A stretch of 64,000 nucleotides of DNA from an uncultured Acidimicrobiales bacterium (GTDB lineage Bacteria; Actinomycetota; Acidimicrobiia; Acidimicrobiales; CADCTF01), in assembly GCA_902805655.1 (NCBI GenBank), contig CADCTF010000001.1:42953-106952 (forward strand), given 5' to 3'. The stretch's first letter is position 1. Each line of letters opens with the position of its first letter. The position numbers and the translations under genes are program-made. The notes below the pieces were generated by a model. The model searched no databases and had not been told where the DNA came from. It saw only the letters and a program-made list of their open reading frames with translations. This document shows positions 1 through 6,478 of this stretch, piece after piece.

Positions 1-1699
1 CCCCGTAGACCTCGTACTGACCCGACACGGCCAGCACGCGTTGCCCCGGCTTCGGCGGCGGAGACGTGCCATCGGCATACGCGATGGTGGCGAGGTAGCG
101 GGCGTCGGCGACGCGCTCGGTCAGACGGGAGCCGAACGGCATCTCCCAATAGGGCGACACCTGGACGTCCGCACCCTTCTCCACCAGGCCGAGGACGAGC
201 CCAGACCCGGTGAAGGACGTGCCGACGAGGTCGGCGCGGGTGGTGGCGGCGAACTCGACCACCACGACATCGCTGCTGCCGTCGGACCGCAGGATCCCGT
301 TGTCAAGGAGGTCACGGTGCACTGCACCGATCAGGAGCGAGAGGTCGCCCGAGTAGTCGGTCTGGGGAGTGTCCGCCGAAGCCGAACCGGCCGTGGCCAC
401 AGCCGTCGAACCACAGGCCAGCACGGCGACGACGACGGTGATGGCGGCGGCGGGTCGCCTCACCCACGCGGACCGGTCGGCCGCTCGATCGAGCCAGGCG
501 CCGACGGCGGGAAGCACGGCGGCGCCGACGGTGGTCCAGGCCAGAGCGCCGATCACGACGGTCCAACGGGTGACGTACAGGAACGGGTAGCCCTCGATGC
601 GGGCCACCGCCGCGACCCCTGCGAGCCCGACTGCGCCGCTCAGCGCAGCCAGCCACACCACGTCACCACGCCGCCGGAGGGCGGCGAGCACCACAGCCCC
701 GACCAGCGCCGCAACACCTATGGCGACCGCCCAGGTCGGCCAGCGTTGCGGGAGCAGCACGCTGTCGGGCGGGTCCACCCCCAGCACGTAGGCCGGCACC
801 TTCGCCAGCTCGTCTGCGACGGAGCGCAGGCCGGCCGCCATCGAGGAGTGGGGCGAGGCGTTGCGGAAGTACCGGAGCAGCTGCTCGGCGTTGCCCCGAT
901 CATCGGTCATCTGCTGGATGACCGGGGGCAGCCAGACGAGCGCGCCGAGCGCGCCGGTGAGGAGCAGCGCGACGAGGCGGCGGCGGCCACGTGCGCCCCG
1001 CACCACCCCCGTCGAGCGCTGCCGCACCACCCGGACGAGCAAGCCGATCGACACGACCGCCATGGCCGCGCCGACGGGGGCCAGGTAGCCGACGTGGGAC
1101 TGCACGGCCAGCGAGGCGGGCACGACCGCCAACGGCAGCGCCCACAGCTCGCCGCACAACGCCGCCCAACCGAGCAGCACGGCGAGCAGGAACGGCAGGA
1201 TCGGAAGCATCGGGTTCCACGAGTCGCGCAGGAAGCCGGGCTCGACCAGGCGGATGGTGACGGCCAGCACCGTGATCGTCCACAGGGCGACGGTCGTGCC
1301 GAGTCGCCGATGGACCACCGTCGCGATGCCGCCGAGGGAGGCTGCGTTGATGACGAGGGCACCGATGGAGAGCGACTCGTGGGCTCCCCCCAGGAGCCGG
1401 TACGGCACGGACAACAGGTACGCCGCCAGTGGGCCCGGGTGGTAGAAGCCGAAGCGCGAGTACGGGCCGAGGAGCACCCGCTCCCGACCCACGTCGCGAA
1501 CCGAGAGGTGCAGCACGGCGTGGTCCCCGAAGGGCAGGAACGAGTCCTGCCGCGAGACCAGCAGGACGACCGCCGACACGAGCGCCGGAAGCGCGGCGAG
1601 GAGCGCGATCGACGTCGCTGCGGCGACGGAACGGGGGCGGCGCCTCTTGCCTTCACCCTGACCGGCTTCGGGCGGAGCGGGCTCCACCCGGTGGTCCAC
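1..1699 (-). CDS. polytopic membrane protein with C-terminal extracytoplasmic domain; 3' end lies beyond the window start
   Basis: Absent from the ORF track (no in-window stop). The minus-strand frame sharing codon boundaries with the spurious +41..1723 ORF has G/C at nearly every third position. It reads ...GKRRRPRSVAAATSIALLAALPALVSAVVLLV...MLPILPFLLAVLLGWAALCGELWALPLAVV... (many hydrophobic spans), then a soluble tail ...VSPYWEMPFGSRLTERVADARYLATIAYADG. GTG candidates at 1708/1699/1687, with GGAG 8 nt before 1699. It starts about 20 nt after the murA stop. Family not recognised. Confidence 0.6.
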   Translation of the reverse strand, partial: MDHRVEPAPPEAGQGEGKRRRPRSVAAATSIALLAALPALVSAVVLLVSRQDSFLPFGDHAVLHLSVRDVGRERVLLGPYSRFGFYHPGPLAAYLLSVPYRLLGGAHESLSIGALVINAASLGGIATVVHRRLGTTVALWTITVLAVTIRLVEPGFLRDSWNPMLPILPFLLAVLLGWAALCGELWALPLAVVPASLAVQSHVGYLAPVGAAMAVVSIGLLVRVVRQRSTGVVRGARGRRRLVALLLTGALGALVWLPPVIQQMTDDRGNAEQLLRYFRNASPHSSMAAGLRSVADELAKVPAYVLGVDPPDSVLLPQRWPTWAVAIGVAALVGAVVLAALRRRGDVVWLAALSGAVGLAGVAAVARIEGYPFLYVTRWTVVIGALAWTTVGAAVLPAVGAWLDRAADRSAWVRRPAAAITVVVAVLACGSTAVATAGSASADTPQTDYSGDLSLLIGAVHRDLLDNGILRSDGSSDVVVVEFAATTRADLVGTSFTGSGLVLGLVEKGADVQVSPYWEMPFGSRLTERVADARYLATIAYADGTSPPPKPGQRVLAVSGQYEVYG

Positions 1700-1719
1700 A
1701 CCAAGCACTCCGTGACGGC

Positions 1720-3027
1720 CTAGGTGCTCTCGATGACGGTGATCCCGAGCCCGAGCGATCGGAACTTCTCGAGGACGGAGTCGTAGCCCCTCTCCAGCTG
1801 CTCGACACCGTGCAGTACCGACCCGCCTTCCGCCGCCGCCGCGGCGATCACGTAGGCGAAGCCGGCTCGGATGTCAGGCATGTCGAGCTCCGTGCCGTGC
1901 AGAGGTGTACCCCCCCGCACGACGACGGAGTGACGCCAGCTGCTCTCGTGGAACCGGCATGCCGATCCGCCGAGGCACTGGTCGAACAGCTCGGCTTCGG
2001 CGCCCATCTGCTGCAGCGCGGCGACGTAGCCGAGCCGGTCCTCGAACACCGTCTCGTGGAGGATCGACATGCCCTGCACCTGCGTGAACAGCACGGCCAG
2101 CGGCGCCTGCCAGTCGGTCATGAAGCCGGGATGCGGGTCCGTGTGGACGGCCGCTGTGCGCAGCCCGCGGCCCTCGACGGCGATGCCCTCCTCGTTGATG
2201 TCGAACGTCGCTCCCATCCGACGCAACGTGGAGATGGCCGTGACCAGTCGATCCTGGCTGCAGCCGCGGACGAGGACCCGCCCGCCGGTGACGAGCCCGG
2301 CGACGAGGTAGGAGAACGCCTCGATGCGGTCGCCGCCCAGGCGCTGCCGGGCGGGTCCAAGGTGCGAGGTCCCTTCGATGACGAAGCGTCGATCGGGCTG
2401 CAGCTCTATGCCCGCACCCATGCGCTGCAGGAACAGGGCGAGCTCCACGACCTCCGGCTCGACCGCCGCGTTCTCGAGCACGGTGCGTCCCTCGGCGAGC
2501 GCAGCGGTCAGCAGCACCGTCTCCGTGGCTCCGACGCTCGGGAACGGGAGTCGGATGCGGGCGCCCCGGATGTTCGTGCCCTTGGCCTCGATGCCGTCCA
2601 CCGTCTCCGTCACCTCGATGCCGAAGGCCCGGAGGGCCTCGAGGTGGTAGTCGACCGGTCGGGTGCCGATGCGGTCCCCCCCGGCCAGAGGAACGAAGGC
2701 CTCTCCCAGCCGGTGCACCAGGGGCCCGAGCATGAGGATCGGGATGCGGTTGGCCCCTGAGTACCGAAGCGGCACGCGGGCGGTGTCGATCGGGCTCGGG
2801 TCGACCACGACGGAACGGCCCTCCAGGGCGACCCCGGCGCCGAGCGATCTCAGCATGCCGGCCGTCAGTGCGACGTCACCGTTGCTCGGAGAGTTGAGGA
2901 TCGTGCTCGGACGGTCGCCGAGCAGGGCGGCGACCATCAGCTTGGTCACGGCGTTCTTCGATCCACCGACCTCGACCTCACCCCGAAGGGGCCCCGCCGG
3001 CTGGATGCCCCAGATGCCTTCGCTCAT
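1720..3027 (-). CDS. murA: UDP-N-acetylglucosamine 1-carboxyvinyltransferase
   Basis: Last 435 codons of ORF 1720..3372: MSEGIWGIQPAGPLRGEVEVGGSKNAVTKLMVAALL... Length and the spacing from the N-terminus to the GEV..GGSKN block match MurA. The 115 codons upstream of ATG 3027 are Arg/Ser/Cys-rich junk. Confidence 0.93.
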   Translation of the reverse strand: MSEGIWGIQPAGPLRGEVEVGGSKNAVTKLMVAALLGDRPSTILNSPSNGDVALTAGMLRSLGAGVALEGRSVVVDPSPIDTARVPLRYSGANRIPILMLGPLVHRLGEAFVPLAGGDRIGTRPVDYHLEALRAFGIEVTETVDGIEAKGTNIRGARIRLPFPSVGATETVLLTAALAEGRTVLENAAVEPEVVELALFLQRMGAGIELQPDRRFVIEGTSHLGPARQRLGGDRIEAFSYLVAGLVTGGRVLVRGCSQDRLVTAISTLRRMGATFDINEEGIAVEGRGLRTAAVHTDPHPGFMTDWQAPLAVLFTQVQGMSILHETVFEDRLGYVAALQQMGAEAELFDQCLGGSACRFHESSWRHSVVVRGGTPLHGTELDMPDIRAGFAYVIAAAAAEGGSVLHGVEQLERGYDSVLEKFRSLGLGITVIEST

Positions 3028-3058
3028 CGTCCGAGCGTTGCACATGAAAGCGACCTTG

Positions 3059-3766
3059 CTAGGGCGAAGTGGACATCGGCACCGGGAACCGGCCGGTCCA
3101 GCCGACCATGGCGGAGACCACCTCGGCCGGCGACGGCGCCGGCAGGACGACGGTCGTGACCGGGGAGGAGAAGCTCGGGATGAGCGCGGCCAGGTCCGAC
3201 TGCGACAGCCCGCTTTTCGAGGACTCGACGAGCAGCACCGGCACCGACAGCTCGGCCGCGGACTGCTCGGCGAGGAAGCGGCTGCCGTGGCTCGGCAGGC
3301 CGTGCCGGAGGCGGGGGTCGAGGCCCGACGACGGTGCGGACGCAACCGCCGCCTCGTCGTCGGCGATGGCACGGAGGAGGTCGCGGCCGCGGCCCAACAC
3401 TTCGATCGGGGTGCGCCAGGGGCCGCCCAGGCCGTCGACCAGGACGAGCGCAGTCGCCCGACCGGCCAGGGCGAGGACGGTCGCCGCCCAGCCGTTGCCG
3501 GCCTCCCCCACCACTACGGGTGGCACGCCGGGGCTGTCACGCTCGGCGAGCAGTCGCACGGCGAACAGCACGGCATCACCCTGCTCGTAGGAGCCGCCGA
3601 GCGGCGCCGGCTCGGTGCCGTGGCCAGGAAGATCCGGAGCGAGGACCCGACCCGGCCAGCCGGCCGCCGCGAACGCCCCACGCCACGGCCCTGCGCCCTC
3701 CGGGGCGCCCGGGCCATGGAGCACCAGTACGTCCGGCGGGGTCGAGGGCGGCGTAACCGAAGTCAC
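3059..3766 (-). CDS. alpha/beta-fold protein with degenerate nucleophile elbow (possible pseudo-enzyme)
   Basis: C-terminal 235 aa of ORF 3059..4408, starting at GTG 3766 (VTSVTPPSTPPDVLVLHGPGAPEG...). GTGA overlap with the stop of the upstream hydrolase. The HG motif is present, but the elbow reads VVVGEAGNGW instead of G-x-S-x-G. Confidence 0.7.
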   Translation of the reverse strand: MTSVTPPSTPPDVLVLHGPGAPEGAGPWRGAFAAAGWPGRVLAPDLPGHGTEPAPLGGSYEQGDAVLFAVRLLAERDSPGVPPVVVGEAGNGWAATVLALAGRATALVLVDGLGGPWRTPIEVLGRGRDLLRAIADDEAAVASAPSSGLDPRLRHGLPSHGSRFLAEQSAAELSVPVLLVESSKSGLSQSDLAALIPSFSSPVTTVVLPAPSPAEVVSAMVGWTGRFPVPMSTSP

Positions 3767-4641
3767 GAGCTCACCTCCGTGACGAAGGCAGCCACTGCGG
3801 CGAGCACCGTGTCGGGTTGCTCGATGTGGACGTAGTGGCCGGCGCCCTCGACGGCCTGATGGCGCGCGTCGAGCAAGCCGGCCACCCGCGCGTCGACGTC
3901 GGCTGGGGACATCTCGCTCCACGTGTCCGCCTCTGCTCCGGTGAGCACCAGGAGCGGCCGGGTGAGCAGCGCCAGCTCGGCTGCGTCGTACTCCGGCCCC
4001 CAGTCCTCCGGCATGCCGACGCTGAACATCGGGTCGGACTTCCACACGAAGCCGCCCTCCGCCGGGCGTGCCCCGTGCCGCACCAGGTGCTCGACCCATG
4101 GCCGGGGAAGCCGCCGGTTGACGGAGCCCCGCCGCTCGACCATCTCCTCCAGAGAGGCATAGACCCGAGGCGGACGCAGCAGCACACGTTCCGCCGCAGC
4201 CACGCTGTCGGCCGCCCGCTCCGCCAGCGGGCGCTGGACCTGGTGGGGCTCGCTGAGGCCGTCGATGTTGACGACCCAGCGCACGAGCTCCGGCCAGACA
4301 CCCCCCACGTACATCGCCTGACCGGCTCCGAAGGAGTGCCCGATCAGTCCGACCGGCGCGCCGAGCTGGCGGATCAGCAGGGCCAGGTCGAGCGCGCTCG
4401 CCGCCCACATCTGGCCCGAGCCGAGCCGCCCGCTGTCACCGTGCCCCCGGAGGTCGGGAGCCACGACCCGAAAGCCCAGGCCGGCGAGGCGCGGGGCGAG
4501 CTCGTCCCACATGCGGCCGTGGTCGTAGGCCCCGTGCACGCAGACGATGGCGGGAGCCGACTCCTCGCCCCACTCCCAGAGCCGTAGCTGCGTGCGGTTG
4601 ACCTCGAGGAAGCCGGACCGCTCGGGGGCTGGCAGGTGCAC
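3763..4641 (-). CDS. alpha/beta hydrolase
   Basis: 292-aa ORF with IVCVHGAYDHGRMW, nucleophile elbow LIGHSFGAG and C-terminal GAGHYVHIEQP. GTG start at 4641. Confidence 0.85.
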   Translation of the reverse strand: MHLPAPERSGFLEVNRTQLRLWEWGEESAPAIVCVHGAYDHGRMWDELAPRLAGLGFRVVAPDLRGHGDSGRLGSGQMWAASALDLALLIRQLGAPVGLIGHSFGAGQAMYVGGVWPELVRWVVNIDGLSEPHQVQRPLAERAADSVAAAERVLLRPPRVYASLEEMVERRGSVNRRLPRPWVEHLVRHGARPAEGGFVWKSDPMFSVGMPEDWGPEYDAAELALLTRPLLVLTGAEADTWSEMSPADVDARVAGLLDARHQAVEGAGHYVHIEQPDTVLAAVAAFVTEVSS

Positions 4642-4694
4642 TCCGGGAGTCTCGCATCGGCGTTCCGCGACGACGAACGGGTTTCGGGCCGCCT

Positions 4695-5405
4695 CTACTT
4701 GTGGACGCCGGCGACGATGCGCTCGGCGATCACGCGGAGCTTCACGTTCTCACGCTGCGACGCGGCGATCAGCAGGTCGAACGCCTCGCTCGGGGTGCAG
4801 CGTCGCTGGCTCATGATGATGCCCTTGGCCTGCTCGATCACTGCGCGCGATGCCATGGCCACCTGCAGCTGCTCGGCCCGCTCCGCCGTGCTGGCGTAGA
4901 GCTCGGCGTTGGCCACGGCGATGGCCGCGTGCGCGGCGAACGTGGTGCCCAGCTCCACGCTGCGAGCATCGAAGGCGTTGGTCACCGTGCTGTAGACGTT
5001 CATGGCACCCAGGACCTGCTCCTGAACGGGGAGCGGCACCGACAGCGAGCTCCCGGCACCTGCATCGAACGCGAGCGGGCAGTAGTCGGGCCAGCGCCGC
5101 TCAGTGGACATGTCGTCGATGACGACGACCTCGTTGCCGCGGGACGCGTCCAGGCACGGACCGCTGTCGAGGTTGTACTGGAACTCGTCGGCCAGCACCG
5201 CCAGCTTCCCGGAGGCCGCGGCCGTGTAGCCCCGATCGTTGCGCACGAGCGTCAAGGAGACCTCCTCGGCACCCGGGACGGCCAGCTTGGCCAGCTCCGC
5301 CACCATGGTGAGCACCGTCTCGAGCGAGCCCTGGGACAGCAGGATCCTCGCCAGCTCGCCGAGCGCCCTCGCCGGGTCGATGCCTTCAGTCAGACGATCC
5401 GCCAT
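4695..5405 (-). CDS. GAF-ANTAR RNA-binding (antitermination-type) regulator
   Basis: 236 aa. N-terminal GAF-like region. C-terminal ANTAR signature: LQVAMASRAVIEQAKGIIMSQRRCTPSEAFDLLIAASQRENVKLRVIAERIV. Confidence 0.85.
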   Translation of the reverse strand: MADRLTEGIDPARALGELARILLSQGSLETVLTMVAELAKLAVPGAEEVSLTLVRNDRGYTAAASGKLAVLADEFQYNLDSGPCLDASRGNEVVVIDDMSTERRWPDYCPLAFDAGAGSSLSVPLPVQEQVLGAMNVYSTVTNAFDARSVELGTTFAAHAAIAVANAELYASTAERAEQLQVAMASRAVIEQAKGIIMSQRRCTPSEAFDLLIAASQRENVKLRVIAERIVAGVHK

Positions 5406-5499
5406 AGACCAGTTCTACCCGCGAACCGCCGTCTGCGAGCTGAAACGTGTTTTTGAGGAAATCGTTGCGATCCCTCCGCAACATGCCGATGGTAGGGGC

Positions 5500-6303
5500 G
5501 TGGATTCGCGAACTGCCGTGCGTGTGGTCATCGTGGACGACAACGAGGACATGCGCCTGCTCCTTCGCGCGTCGCTCGAGCAGCACGACGACTTCACCGT
5601 GGTGGGCGAGGCCGGCGATGGTTCGGCGGCCCTGGAGGTTGCATCCGCGGTGCGCCCCGACCTCCTCATCCTCGACCGCAACATGCCGGGTGTCGACGGC
5701 CTCCAGGCGCTGCCTCACCTGCGGGAGCTCCTGCCCGACGCAACCATCGTGATGTTCACCTCCCACGCCGACGCGCGCCTTCGTCGAGCGGCGATGGCCG
5801 CAGGAGCGGACCAGGTGCACGAGAAGCTCGGACAGCCGATCGCAGGCCTCGTCTCGGAGCTGGCCAACGCGTTGCCGGCAGGACCGGCCGAGCGGTCGGC
5901 TCTGGTGCACCTGGAGGTCGGACCGGTCGCCGCGAGCGCGGCGCAGGTGTGGATCGCCAACGCGACGGCGCTCATGCACGGGGTGCGGGAGCACCTGGAC
6001 GAGCTCGGCCTGAACCTCGAGGTCGACGTGCTCGATCTGTTCGACAGCTTCCTGGGCGACTGGGGCGCCGTGGCCGCCGAAGCCGAGGGGTTCGGCTGGT
6101 CGGCCGCGGCCGACCCGGACATCGTGGAGCGGCTGGTGGTCGCATGGGGCGAGCTCAACCGCCTCACGCCGGCCCAGCTCGACCGTATGGCCTGCCACTG
6201 GTCACCTCCCGAGGGAGAGCCGTTCTTCGAGGCGCTCACGCGCGGCGTCTCGGCCGCGCTCGAGGCCGATCCCCGCCTGGCTCGCGTGATGGACGCCATG
6301 TGA
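5500..6303 (+). CDS. response regulator: canonical receiver domain plus unrecognised ~140-aa C-terminal domain
   Basis: In frame of ORF 5239..6303. GTG 5500 gives MDSRTAVRVVIVDDNEDMRLL... with DD, the phospho-acceptor D in LLILDRNMPG, T in MFTSH and K in HEK. The C-terminal half (PIAGLVSELANAL...ACHWSPPEGEPFFEALTRG...) matches no output domain I know. Confidence 0.75.
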   Translation: MDSRTAVRVVIVDDNEDMRLLLRASLEQHDDFTVVGEAGDGSAALEVASAVRPDLLILDRNMPGVDGLQALPHLRELLPDATIVMFTSHADARLRRAAMAAGADQVHEKLGQPIAGLVSELANALPAGPAERSALVHLEVGPVAASAAQVWIANATALMHGVREHLDELGLNLEVDVLDLFDSFLGDWGAVAAEAEGFGWSAAADPDIVERLVVAWGELNRLTPAQLDRMACHWSPPEGEPFFEALTRGVSAALEADPRLARVMDAM

Positions 6304-6478
6304 TGGCGTCGTCCTGCCGATCTGACGGTGCCGTGAGGCACGGCTGGTTGACACACCACCCGAACGGGCCATTTGTGTGCAACTTCCTCCCGCGCCAACG
6401 CGATCTGTCCGATCACTGTCGAATGGCCCCCCGCTGCAGCGCCGTGTCCCAGGGGCGTCCGAGCGGAGCGCCGTCCCG

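Noticed and set aside
41-1723. 560-aa plus-strand ORF, the longest ORF at the left edge
   Set aside because: The product is Arg/Gly/His/Asp-rich with no motifs. G/C is concentrated at codon position 1 rather than position 3. It is the codon-aligned antisense shadow of the minus-strand membrane-protein gene.
4642-4694. ANTAR-type dual hexaloop hairpins between the GAF-ANTAR gene and the hydrolase pair
   Set aside because: I found only weak 3-bp stems in the 53-nt spacer, with no pair of hairpins carrying the A/G-containing hexaloops expected of ANTAR targets.
6348-6353. Consensus TTGACA -35 hexamer in the spacer before the PAS-AGDEF-EAL gene
   Set aside because: No acceptable -10 (TANNNT) follows at 16-19 nt; the sequence there is ATTTGT/TGTGTG. 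A single hexamer match is expected by chance.
6377-6478. GTG 6377 as the start of the PAS-AGDEF-EAL protein (track coordinates)
   Set aside because: The first 34 codons (MQLPPAPTRSVRSLSNGPPLQRRVPGASERSAVP) have poor third-position G/C in their first half and no protein-like character. I prefer ATG 6479, though this remains uncertain.
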